From assembly GCA_964016885.1 (NCBI GenBank), contig OZ024740.1, positions 230,330,001 through 230,394,000 of the forward strand: DNA of 64,000 nucleotides. The letters run 5' to 3'. Below, one piece after another: positions 29,190 through 42,700 of this stretch. Within the stretch, counting starts at the first letter, position 1, and each line of letters begins with the position of its first letter. The translations under genes were made by a program, and so were the position numbers. The DNA comes from Eledone cirrhosa. Lineage: Eukaryota. Below the pieces are notes generated by a model that was given only the letters and a program-made list of their open reading frames with translations, made no database searches and was not told the origin of the DNA.

Positions 29190-29390
29190 TATCTATACGT
29201 ACATACATATATGTATACAGACGTACAGTAGTATGTATATATATACATACATGCACACATATATATATGTACGTATGGATTTACCGAACATTTATTATAA
29301 TGCACGGTGTGTTTGTAAACAAACATCCCGAATTAAGCCGTACAGTGTTTAGCAACCATCGTTGCCCTTTTGTTCAACACTGGCAGAGGA

Positions 29391-29433
29391 ACGATGTACT
29401 AGTTTCAAACTTATTAGCTATCATCAGCACCGT
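29391..29433 (-). ncRNA. Minimal type I hammerhead motif
   Basis: RC reads ACGGTG-CTGATGA-TAGC-TAATAA-GTTT-GAAA-CTAG-TA-CATCGT, with palindromic helix III ACTAGT. Confidence 0.8.
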
Positions 29434-29757
29434 ATACCTTTCTGCCAGATGATTGAACGTATGAAAGTATATACTTTCCTTATGCATATTAACGGCTGAG
29501 CAGCCTAATTTGCATATTGAGTGAGTTAATCGGCCGGGCGCACCGAAAACGATAAATGGAAAAAATGATAGGAAATTTCATTAAGTAACAGCTGTACTAA
29601 GAGTGAAAAATGAAATTTCGTTTCATTTTTTCCATTTATCGTTTTCGGTGCGCCCGGCCGATTAACTCACTCAATATGCAAATTAGGCTGCTCAGCCGTT
29701 AATATGCATAAGGAAAGTATATACTTTCAGAAGTTCAATCATCTGGCAGAAAGGTAT

Positions 29758-29800
29758 ACGGTGCTGACGATAGCTAATAAGCTTAAAACTAGTACAGCGT
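29758..29800 (+). ncRNA. Hammerhead motif, probably inactive (G12A)
   Basis: ACGGTG-CTGACGA-TAGC-TAATAA-GCTT-AAAA-CTAG-TA-CAGCGT, with AAAA in place of GAAA. Confidence 0.65.
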
Positions 29801-30072
29801 TCCTTTGTCAGTGTTGAACAAAAGGGCAATGATGGTTGCTAAACACTGTACGGCTTAATCTGGGATGTTTGTTTACAAACACACCGAGCATTATAATAAA
29901 TGTCCGGTAAATCCATACGTACATATATATATATATGTGTGTGTGCATGTATGTATATATATACATACTACTGTACGTCTGTATACATATATGTATGTAC
30001 GTATACATACTTATTTAAGTAACAGCCGTACTAAGAGTGAGAAATAAAATTTCGTTTCATTTTTTCCATTTA

Positions 30073-30105
<33 letters not shown>

Positions 30106-30298
30106 CTTCATCTCCATCCAACATCAGTTGGACCATATATATATAGGTTTGTTGGTTCACCACTGGATAGAATTGGTCTATCCGTATAGTCAATCTTGAT
30201 GTAATATTATGGGGAATACTTGAAATGATCATAGTATAATAAATTTTTCAAGGAATTACACCAGTCGAGCCTCCTGTTATTTATATATATATCGAAGT

Positions 30299-31183
30299 GT
30301 GGCCTCCAACATACCCCGGATATTCTTCGAAGCCTTAGAGAAGAACTTCCCACCCAACCATAGGTATAGAAAAATTCTTAATAGGAACAATATAAAAATA
30401 TCCTTCTCTACTACTCCTAACCTAGCAGACATCATAGGAACAACGAACCACAGTAAGATCACCAAGACACAGCACCTCGACGCAGACGCACCTACACCTG
30501 ACAATAACTGTATCGGCATTAACAACTCCCTGACAGCATCCAATAGTGTTGGCAACGGCATCCGCAGACGCAACCAGAATGACCGCGAAGGGACTGGGGA
30601 ACATGCAGAACATGGCGTGCGGAATAACAATCGCACCATCCCGCGTACTGTGGGTTGTAATTGTGCTAACGACAGCTGCGGTAGCGCAGCTAGCAACGTA
30701 GGCAGCAACAATGATAGCCTTATCGTGGGAAATAGACGGAACCGCGACAGAAATTGCAACTGCCGCGACAGAGGACGATGCCCCCTTAGAGGATACTGCT
30801 TGACCGATAGGGTTATATATAGATGCACTATTACTAGCCACAATAGCGTTAAACATTATATAGGGGCCACCTCCGGCCCGTTCAAAATTAGGTTTCGAAC
30901 ACATCTCCACTCTTTCACAAATAGAAAACTAAGGCACTCCACCTTGCTCGCGGACTACATCACATCACTAAAGGACTTAAACATTAGCTTCTCCACGCAC
31001 TGGGAGATTGTCGGCAGGGCTGCACCATACAACTTCAAGAGGAAATGCGATCTTTGCTTCATGGAGCTCTACCTAATCATAACTGCACCCCACGAGCTCA
31101 TCAACAGCAGAGCTGAAACAGCGATAAGTTGTACACATCGCTTAAAAATATCCTTCTTTAGATGGGTTAAGAATGAAGAGTGA
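30299..31183 (+). CDS. 5'-truncated Penelope-like (Neptune-type) ORF: RT thumb end, Cys linker, GIY-YIG endonuclease
   Basis: FPPNHRYRKILNRNNIKISFSTTPNL; CNCRDRGRCPLRGYCL; VIY...YIG; FKIRFRTHLHSF; KCDLCFME; INSRAE..SCTHR. Stop-free for 294 aa but lacks the RT core and a true start. Confidence 0.88.
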   Translation: MASNIPRIFFEALEKNFPPNHRYRKILNRNNIKISFSTTPNLADIIGTTNHSKITKTQHLDADAPTPDNNCIGINNSLTASNSVGNGIRRRNQNDREGTGEHAEHGVRNNNRTIPRTVGCNCANDSCGSAASNVGSNNDSLIVGNRRNRDRNCNCRDRGRCPLRGYCLTDRVIYRCTITSHNSVKHYIGATSGPFKIRFRTHLHSFTNRKLRHSTLLADYITSLKDLNISFSTHWEIVGRAAPYNFKRKCDLCFMELYLIITAPHELINSRAETAISCTHRLKISFFRWVKNEE

Positions 31184-31473
31184 AATAGTACAGTGGATCT
31201 CCCTGCAACAAGTCTTAACACCCCGGCGGGCAGGCGCAGCAAAATAACACCCAGAAAACAATCCTTGCATACCAGACCCAGCCTCAGACAAACGGGGAGA
31301 AAAAAAAAAAAAAAAAATTATCCGGGAAAGACTGCCCTAACACCGGCCAGAGTTACCTCCCTTGACCTGCTGCAAAATCAAAACAAGATATTTTTGCGAG
31401 CAATGAATCTTGATGTGGATTTAACCCCCAAAACTCTTCCCGAACTATATAAGGAACACTTGTGATTATTTAT

Positions 31474-31513
31474 GCCCTTGAGAAGCCCAACAGGGCGAAA
31501 CGTACGTAGGTGA
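31474..31513 (+). ncRNA. Minimal hammerhead motif, U3:A8 variant
   Basis: CC-TTGAGAA-GCCC-AACA-GGGC-GAAA-CGTACG-TA-GG: perfect helix II, palindromic ACGTACGT, weak helix I. Confidence 0.7.
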
Positions 31514-31725
31514 TATTTTAAATAAACATGTTTTAACGGTGTATTCTCCGATTTTTCACTTTCCCACGTGCTTACGCTCTGCTAACTCTCTAGCCCACTA
31601 AATATTAACACTTCGAATATTTAATACTGCCGGCACTAGTATCGAGCACCTTTGGCATACGCTACTTGGCAAATAACTATATGTATCACCTATCCCTCCT
31701 TTTTCTCTCTTTCTCGATACGTAAA

Positions 31726-31849
<124 letters not shown>

Positions 31850-32059
31850 CCAACGCCCAGTTGTAGCAATCATTCACTTGCAATTTTCTAACATATCACA
31901 ACAAAATGCTTTTATCACATTTTTATCTATAAGCACCACATCAAACATGATATCCGGTCCAAATACTTGCAACAGAGTAGACTCTGCTTAAGGCACTCAA
32001 GGCCAGTGTTCAACCAGGTGAAAATTAAAATCAAAATCTTAAAGTAGCCAATTTTGACG

Positions 32060-32655
32060 ATGAGTGTTCAAGTTGTTCGATCAACGAAACAGCCTTCTCG
32101 TGAAATTAACGTAATTTCCAGGTCGATTCGGCGTGACACAGTGTGTGACAAGGCTGATTTCTTTGAACTAACGTGAAAGTGGCTGAGCATTCCACAAACA
32201 TATGTACCTTTAACATAATTTCCAGGGAGATTCGGCGTGACAGCTTTGAATTATTGGTACAATCCACCCGAAGGGCTCCCAAACACTTTCTGTCTACCCA
32301 ATTTCACTCACAAGGCATGGATCGAAATGAGGCTATGGTAAATAGCACTTGTCCAAGATGCTACGCAGAAAATTGAACCTGGGACCTAATTATTATTAAA
32401 CGAATCCCTTAGCCATTCGACTATGCTGCGTTCATACTAAATGTATTGGTACTATCGATAGAGCGTCGGACATGCTTTACAGCATATAGTTACGTTCCTT
32501 TACGTTCTGAGTTCAAATCCCGTTGAGGCTAGCTTCGCCTTTAATCCTTACGGGGTCGATAATATAAAGTACCAATAATCCACTGGGGTCAATTTAATCG
32601 ACTTCCCCTTCCCCCAGAATTGTTAGCCTTGTGCCTAAATCAGAGACCACTATAA
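32060..32655. mobile_element. Decayed SINE remnants (second family ~32060-32430; main family + strand ~32445-32655)
   Basis: GAGTTCAAATCCCG..CTTCGCCTTTAATCCTTACGGGGTCGATAA core, and a duplicated GATTCGGCGTGACA motif. Confidence 0.6.
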
Positions 32656-33289
32656 ACATCAATTATGACCAAAATTTGGAGTCTCACACACCTACAACAA
32701 TGGACTAACACCAATGCCGTATTCACTTAGTTTCAAAAACCTAGCGGGTTGGATTTAACCACGAGGAACATTGTAACAGAAATTATATAGATGGAAACTG
32801 TATGGTAACATGTCAGATGAACTGTGCTTGCAGGTTCAAAGCGGCCAGTTTTGTTACACACAATGTCACGCTGAATAACGCTGAAACTTACTTGAAGAGC
32901 ACACATGCCTGCGAAATACTCAGTGACTTAATGCTAATGAAGTGGTATAGGCAGATCATTTGATCGAACAATTGTAACATGCATCGTCAAAACAGACGGA
33001 AATCCATTTATATATCCATATGTATGTATATGTACATGACACACCTGGACTCTCTACCACGGCTCCCAAATGCCGGACCACTCGCCTACCGACCCCAACC
33101 TCCTTAAAAACTGTTTATCCAATCTCCTATGTTCCAGCCTCTTCTCTTTCTCCGAACTCTCCGAATTCTCCCATTCTTGAAGACAGACTTACGTCCAAAG
33201 CACTGAACCCTCCTCCCCTTCCTCCTTAATGTGTTACTTATAAGATTTTGTGTTTTTGCATCCCTGTATTTGTGTTGTCATTTCTTGTC

Positions 33290-33354
<65 letters not shown>

Positions 33355-33356
<2 letters not shown>

Positions 33357-33463
33357 GAGATATACACTGGTCTGTTGGAGATGCAGGATATGGCAGCGGT
33401 AATGAGGGACAGAGACCGCTGGAGAGAACTCGTCCATGGATCTCGGGAATTTTACCCGCCTTA
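33355..33463 (+). mobile_element. RTE-like LINE extreme 3' fragment
   Basis: TGLLEMQDMAAVMRDRDRWRELVHGSR resembles the RTE ORF C-terminal (M.DR..WR..V) motif. It lies within (TA)n. Confidence 0.5.
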
Positions 33464-33487
33464 GATATATATATATATATATATATA

Positions 33488-33527
<40 letters not shown>

Positions 33528-33557
33528 AGATCAAAAGATGGTTAAAAGAGTTCCATG

Positions 33558-33628
33558 TATTTTATTATGCGCATTTCAAAAACAAATATTATCATGCGAT
33601 GACATTTGCGTTTTCGTCAGATAAAATA
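33558..33628 (-). ncRNA. Type I hammerhead motif (copy of 12136-12206) in PLE fragment 33520-33680
   Basis: Core, helix I and helix III are identical to the 12.1-kb copy. Differences lie only in distal helix II. Confidence 0.82.
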
Positions 33629-33767
33629 GGGAGACATGATATGAAGGTTAAAAAACACTTGTGAATAGTGCAGTTTTAAATCAACTTATCCGATATCTGC
33701 ATTGCTTTATTGTACTACAATAAAACTCACCTCCTACATATATATATATATATATAGATATATATAC

Positions 33768-33820
<53 letters not shown>

Positions 33821-33891
33821 GTTTCTACTTTTGGCACAAGGCCACCAATTACCCAGTGCATTACTGGTACTTTATTTTATCGACCCCGTAA

Positions 33892-33929
<38 letters not shown>

Positions 33930-33989
33930 TATAATATATATATAATATATATAATATATATATAATATATATATGGGGAAATATCCCCC

Positions 33990-34152
33990 CTTCTGTCACG
34001 AATGACGATGGGATTTGCACCTAAAATGTTCCCCTCGAAGACACAAGTCCGGGCAATGGCCGAGACAGCTTGGCACCCAGTGACTTCGCAACTCATTTCT
34101 ACAGCTGAGTGAACTGGAGTAAGGTGAAATAAAGTGTCTTGCTCAAGAACAC

Positions 34153-34157
<5 letters not shown>
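33990..34157 (-). mobile_element. SINE fragment of a second family
   Basis: RC GTGTTCTTGAGCAAGACACTTTATTTCACCTTACTCCAGTTCACTCAGCTG is a typical post-tRNA SINE segment. Confidence 0.55.
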
Positions 34158-34195
<38 letters not shown>

Positions 34196-34386
34196 ACACA
34201 CACACACACACATGCATATATATATATATATATATGTATATTATTGGATATAACAATAACTACATACTACACAGAGTACTAAGTTGAACGATGTCATACT
34301 AGTCTTAACTAGTATGACCATAGTATAAGCATGGAAAATGGACGTAAAATGTTGACTATGATTATATATATATATATATTTATGTT

Positions 34387-34449
<63 letters not shown>

Positions 34450-34576
34450 GTGTTTATGTGTATGTGTGTGTGTGTGTGTGTGTGTGTTTTTATGTATGTG
34501 TGTGTGTGTGGTCTATTCAATCGACTTCCCCCACCCGATAAATTGCTGGTCTCTGCCTAATTAGAAATCATACATG

Positions 34577-34641
<65 letters not shown>

Positions 34642-34656
34642 TTTATGTATGTGTGT

Positions 34657-34757
<101 letters not shown>

Positions 34758-34854
34758 TGTTTGTGTGTGGGTGTGTGTGTGTGTGTGTGTGTGTCTGTGT
34801 GTTTGTGTGTGTGTGTGTGTCTGTGTGTGTGTGTGTGTGTGTGCGCGTGTGTCT

Positions 34855-34890
<36 letters not shown>

Positions 34891-34892
34891 CT

Positions 34893-34943
<51 letters not shown>

Positions 34944-35352
34944 ATGTGTGTGTGTGTGTCTGTCGGTGTGTGTGTGTGTGCGTGTGTGTATCTGTGTGCG
35001 TGTCAGTGTAATAGTGTGTTTGTGAGAATGTGTGTTTATATGTGTATGGCTATGTGATAGACTGTGCGTCTGGCTGTGTATTCCTCTCTCTACAGCTACC
35101 CCTTCACATACTCCCACATCCCTCCCCTCTCTTGTGTGATATATCTTAGATATATCACGTTTCATTCTATGTGATACTCAATGATCACAAACATACACAT
35201 ACACTAAAACATTTTTATACACATTCCTGCATGCAGACAAACAGGCACGCAAATACGTATATACATACATAAATACCTACATATATACATACATAAATAC
35301 ATACATACATAAATACATAACACACACATACACTCACACATACATACACACA

Positions 35353-35397
<45 letters not shown>

Positions 35398-35442
35398 TAA
35401 AGGTATAGAAATTGTTTTAGCGAGAAGCTAACAGTATTTCAT

Positions 35443-35488
<46 letters not shown>

Positions 35489-35496
35489 TATATAAG

Positions 35497-35897
35497 GAAG
35501 GAAATGTGGTAAGGAACCAGATGGACCATAACGCACCAAAGTACTCAATACTTAGGGTAGTAGAGTGGGAAATAGGAACGAGTAGGACCCTGACGACTGA
35601 GCTCAAGCCGTTTCGACGGCTAATTCTGGACTAAATGAAAATTTTTATCCTGGTAAATGAATAGCCGAGCTTCTCAGTGGGTAATTCCATATATGGTAAA
35701 AGTGATTGCACAAGGATTGGTCAAAAGTTTGTTGTTGAGACTCATAATTCTATCATAGCAATTTGTGGAAGGAAAGGGTAGCTGAACCTGCCAGTAGAAG
35801 AAAGAGGGAGAGGGAGTGGAGGAAACCCAGTCGTACGTTGAAAAGAATTAGCCGTCGAAACGGTTTGAGCTCAGCCGTCGGGGTCCTACTCGTTCCT
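35497..35897. mobile_element. Third member of the palindromic PLE-derived family, arms separated by a ~210-bp spacer
   Basis: 35499-35632 matches 16801-16934, and the inverted arm lies at 35843-35897. Confidence 0.8.
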
Positions 35898-36084
35898 ATA
35901 TATATATATATATACATATACACAGGCACCTTTTATCGTCTCTTTCTTTTTGTTCATGTTTTGTTCTCCCTCTTACTTCATTCCACTCTCCCCTCTCTCT
36001 CTCCTCCTCCTCTCTCTCTTCCTCTCTCTCCTCCTCCTCTCTCATTCTCTCAGTCTCTCCCTTTTTGTCACCCTCCATCCTCTC

Positions 36085-36260
36085 GGTCACTCTCCCACCC
36101 TTTCTCTCACTCTCCCACCCTCTCTGTCACTCTCCCACCTTGTCTGTCACTCTGTCACTCTCACCCTCTCTGTCACTCTCCCACCCTCTCTGTCACTCTC
36201 CCACCCTTTCTGTCACTCTCCCACCCTCTCTGTCACTCTCCCACCCACTCTGTCACTCTG
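36085..36260. repeat. 20-bp pyrimidine-rich minisatellite
   Basis: Unit TCACTCTCCCACCCT(C/T)TCTG. Confidence 0.85.
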
Positions 36261-36701
36261 CCAGCTTCTTTCTCTATTTTCTTTTCTCCTTCTGCCATTC
36301 TCACGTTCTCACTATCTCTTTGTCACTCTGCCTTTCTTTTTCTGTCACTCACCTTCAATTCTCTCTCTTTTTATTTCTCTCTCTATCACTATCTCCCTCC
36401 CCCTCTCTCTCTCTCTCTCTCTCTCATTCCCTCCTGGTCTCTCTTTCTCTCTCTCTCTCTCCTGGTCACACCCTCTCTTATTTTTGCACTCCTTCTTACT
36501 CTCTTTAATCTGTCAAGTTTTTTCTGGATTTTGTTTTGTTTTTGTTCCACCATCACCACGCCCCACCATACTTCCACCCCACACCTCAACATACCCTCAC
36601 ACCACTCCACCCTGATTTATTAATCATACACAATGTGACCATATGTTTTTCAGTACCTTTCACTACTAACTCCCTTATTATATGTTGTTGTCAATATTGG
36701 T

Positions 36702-39700
36702 ACACCACCAACAAACAACACCAACACACAACGCCACTACCACATCTCCAACACCAACAACAACACCAACAACAACAACAACACCAACAAATCCACCAAC
36801 AAACAACACCAACACCAACAACACCACCACCAACAACACCACCAACAAACAACACCAACAAACAACACCAACACCAACAACACCACCACCAACAACACCA
36901 CCAACAAACAACACCAACACCAACAACACCACCACCAACAACACCACCAACAAACAACACCAACAAACAACACCAACAAACAACACCAACAACACCACCA
37001 ACAACAACACCACCAACAAACAACACCAACAAACAACACCAACAAACAACACCAACACCAACAACACCACCACCAACAACACCACCAACAACCAACACCG
37101 CCAACAACACCAACAAGCAACACCAACACCAACAACACCACCACCAACAACACCACCACAAACAACACCACCACCTAAAACACCACCAACAAACAACACC
37201 AACAACCAACACCAACACCAAAAACACCGCCACCAACAACACCGCCAACAAACAACACCAACAAACAACACCAACAAACAACACCAACACCAACAACACC
37301 ACCACCAACAACACCACCACCTACAACACCACCAACAAACAACACGAACAAACAACACCAACAAGCAACATCAACACCAACAACACCACCACCAACAACA
37401 CCACCAACAAACAACACCAACAAGCAACACCAACAACACCACCACCAACAACACCACCAACAAACAACACCAACAAACAACACCAACACCAAAAACACCA
37501 CCAACAACAACACCAACAAACAACACCAACAAACAACACCAACAAACAGCACCAACACCAACAACACCACCACCAACAACACCACCAACAAACAACACCA
37601 ACAAACAACACCAACAAGCAACACCAACACCAACAACACCACCACCAACAATACCTCCAACAAACAACACCAACAAACAACACCAACACCAACAACACCA
37701 CCACCAACAACATCACCAACACAAACAACAACACCACCAACAACACCACCAACAAACAACACCAACAAACAACACCAACAAACAACACCAACACCAACAA
37801 CAACACCACCAACAACACCACCAACAAACAACACCAATAAACAACACCAAAAACAACACCAACAACAACACAATCAACAACAAAACCAACAAAAAACACC
37901 AACAAACAACACCAACAAACAACGCCAACACCAACAACAACAACACCACCAACAACACCACCAACAAACAGCACCAACAACACCAACACCAACACACAAC
38001 AACAACACCAACGTCACCACCACCAACAACACCAACACCACCAACAACAACACCAACACCACCAACAAACAACACCAACAAACAACACCAACACCAACAA
38101 CATCAACACCAACAACACCACCACCAACAACACCACCAACAAACAACACCAATAAACAACACCAACACCAACAACAACACCACCAACAACACCAACACCA
38201 ACAACAACAGCACCACCAACAACACCACCAATAAACAACACCAACAAACAACACCAAAAACAACACCAACACCAACACCAACAACAACACCACCAACAAC
38301 ACCACCAACAAACAACACCAACAAACAACACCAACACCAACAACAACACCACCAACAACACCAGCACCAACAACACCAACAACACCAACACCAACACCAA
38401 CAACAACACCACCAACAACACCACCAACAAACAACACCAACAAACAACACCAACAAACAACACCAACACCAACAACACCAACACCAACAACACCAACAAC
38501 AACACCACCAACAACAACACCAACAAACAACACCAACAAACAGCACCAACAAACAACACCAACACCAACAACATCAACACCAACAACACCACCACCAACA
38601 ACACCACCAACAAACAACACCAATAAACAACACCAACACCAATAACAACACCACCAACAACACCAACACCAACAACAACAACACCACCAACAACACCACC
38701 AACAAACAACACCAACAAACAACACCAACACCAACAACAACACTACCAACAACTCCAGCACCAACAACACCAACAACACCAACACCAACACCAACAACAA
38801 CACCACCAACAACACCACCAACAAACAACACCAACAAACAACACCAAAAACAACACCAACACCAACAACAACACCACAAACAACACCACCAACAAACAAC
38901 ACCAACAAACAACACCAACAAACAACACCAACACCAACAACACCAACACCAACAACACCAACGACAACACCACCAACAACACCACCAACAACAACACCAA
39001 CAAACAACACCAACAAACAACACCAACAAACAATACCAACACCAACAACACCAACACCAACAACACCACCAACAACAACACCAACAACACCAACACCAAC
39101 AAACAACACCAACACCAACGTCACCACCAACAACAACACCAACACCAAAACCATCACCAACACGAACACCAACGCCATCACCAACACCAACACCAACACC
39201 AACAACACCAACAACACCACCACCACCAACACCAACAACACCACCACCAACACTAACAACACCACCACCACCAACACTAACAACACCAACAATACCACCA
39301 CCAACACCAACAACACCAACAACACCACCACCAACACCAACAACACCACCGCCACCAACAACAACACCACCACCAACAACAACAACAACACTACCAATAC
39401 CACCAACACCAACGACACCACCACCAACACCAACACCAACAACACCACCACCAACACCAACAACACCAACCAACAACACCACCACCAACACCAACCAACA
39501 ACACCACCACCAACACCAACAACACCACCACCAACACCAACACCAACAACACCACCACCAACACCAACAACACCAACCAACAACACCACCACTAACACCA
39601 ACCAACAACACCAACACCAACAACACCAACACCAACACCAACCAACACCACCAAAAACAACACCACACCACCAACAACAACAACCAACAATAACAACACC

Positions 39701-42700
39701 AACACAATTAACAACACCAACAACATCAACATCACCAACAACAAGACCAACACCAACAACACCTACACCACCAACACCAACAACACCAACAACACCAACA
39801 CCAACACCAACAACAACACCACCACCAACAACACCACCAACAACACCGACACCAACACCAACACCAACACCAACAACACCAACACCAACACAAACACCAA
39901 CAACACCACTAACAATAACACCACCAACAACAACACCAACAACAACAACACCAACACCAACAACACCAACAACACCAACACCAACAACAACAAAAACAAC
40001 ACCAACACCACAACACCAACCAACAACACCAACACCAACACCAACACCACAACACCAACACCAACAACACCAACACCAACAACAACACCACCAACAACAC
40101 CACCACCAACAACACCACCACCAACAACACCAACAACACCAACACCAACACCAACAACAACACCACCAAAAACACCACCAACAAACAACACCGACAAACA
40201 ACACCAAAAACAACACCTACACCAACAACAACACCACCAACAACACCAACACCAAACAACACCAACAAACAACACCAACAGACAACACCAACACCAACAA
40301 CACCAACACCAACAACAACACCAACAACAACACCACCAACAACACCACCAACAACAACACCAACAAACAACACCAACAAACAAGACCAACACCAACAACA
40401 CCACCACCACCAACAGCACCACCAACAACACCGACAACACCAACACCAACAAACAACACCAACACCAACGTCACCACCACCAACAACACCAACACCAACA
40501 CCACCACCAACAACACCAACACCACCAACAAACAACACCAACAACACCACTATCAACAACACCACCAACAAACAACACCAACAAACAACACCAACAAACA
40601 ACACCAACACCAACAACACCACCACCAACAACACCACCAACAACCAACACCGCCAACAACACCAACAAGCAACACCAACACCAACAACACCACCACCTAC
40701 AACACCACCAACAAACAACACCAACAAACAACACCAACACCAAAAGCACCGCCACCAACAACACCGACAACAAACAACACCAACAAACAACACCAACAAA
40801 CAACACCAACACCAACAACACCACCACCAACAACACCACCACCTACAACACCACCAACAAACAACACGAACAAACAACACCAACAAGCAACATCAACACC
40901 AACAACACCACCACCAACAACACCACCAACAAACAACACCAACAAGCAACACCAACAACACCACCACCAACAACACCACCAACAAACAACACCAATAAAC
41001 AACACCAACACCAAAAACACCACCAACAACAACACCAACAAACAACACCAACAAACAACACCAACAAACAGCACCAACACCAACAACACCACCACCAACA
41101 ACACCACCAACAAACAACACCAACAAACAACACCAACAAGCAACACCAACACCAACAACACCACCACCAACAATACCTCCAACAAACAACACCAACAAAC
41201 AACACCAACACCAACAACACCACCACCAACAACATCACCAACACAAACAACAACACCACCAACAACACCACCAACAAACAACACCAACAAACAACACCTA
41301 CAAACAACACTAACACCAACAACAACACCACCAACAACACCACCAACAAACAACACCAATAAACAACACCAAAAACAACACCATCAACAACACAATCAAC
41401 AACAAAACCAACAAAAAACACCAACAAAAAACAACACCAACAAACAACGCCAACACCAACAACAACACCACCAACAACACCACCAACAAACAGCACCAAC
41501 AACACCAACACCAACACACAACACCAACACCAACGTCACCACCACCAACAACACCAACACCAACACCACCAACAACAACACCAACACCACCAACAAACAA
41601 CACCAACAAACAACACCAACACCAACAACATCAACACCAACAACACCACCACCAACAACACCACCAACAAACAACACCAATAAACAACACCAACACCAAC
41701 AACAACACCACCAACAACACCAACACCAACAACAACAGCACCACCAACAACAACACCAATAAACAACACCAACAAACAACACCAAAAACAACACCAACAC
41801 CAACACCAACAACAACACCACCAACAACACCACCAACAAACAACACCAACAAACAACACCAACACCAACAACAACACCACCAACAACACCAGCACCAACA
41901 ACACCAACAACACCAACACCAACACCAACAACAACACCACCAACAACACCACCAACAAACAACAGCAACAAACAACACCAAAAACAACACCAACACCAAC
42001 AACAACACCACCAACAACACCACCAACAAACAACACCAACAAACAACACCAACAAACAACACCAACACCAACAACACCAACACCAACACCAACAACACCA
42101 ACAACAACACCACCAACAACACCACCAACAACAACACCAACAAACAACACCAACAAACAACACCAACAAACAACACCAACACCAACAACATCAACACCAA
42201 CAACACCACCACCAACAACACCACCAACAAACAACACCAATAAACAACACCAACACCAACAACAACACCACCAACAACACCAATACCAACAACAACAACA
42301 CCACCAACAACACCACCAACAAACAACACCAACAAACAACACCAACACCAACAACAACACCACCAACAACACCAGCACCAACAACACCAACAACGCCAAC
42401 ACCAACACCAACAACAACACCACCAACAACACCACCAACAAACAACACCAACAAACAACACCAAAAACAACACCAACACCAACAACAACACCACCAACAA
42501 CACCACCAACAAACAACACCAACAAACAACACCAACAAACAACACCAACACCAACAACACCAACACCAACAACACCAACGACAACACCACCAACAACACC
42601 ACCAACAACAACACCAACAAACAACACCAACAAACAACACCAACAAACAATACCAACACCAGCAACACCAACAGCAACAACACCACCAACAACAACACCA

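Larger units (their letters stand above)
29190..30072. mobile_element. Non-coding PLE pLTR structure: ~390-bp inverted repeat + partial direct repeat
   Basis: 29190-29582 is the reverse complement of ~29609-30010. The central segment TTAAGTAACAGC.GTACTAAGAGTGA... recurs directly at 30015-30070. Each arm carries a hammerhead. Confidence 0.85.
30295..31725 (+). mobile_element. Penelope-like element 3' portion with pLTR
   Basis: GIY-YIG ORF followed by a hammerhead at 31474 and AATAAA at ~31521, bounded by (TA)n. Confidence 0.8.

Noticed and set aside
36640-36705. TTTTTCAG as a splice acceptor leading into the A/C satellite
   Set aside because: A common motif, and no downstream frame stays compositionally coherent. 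Unsupported without RNA data.
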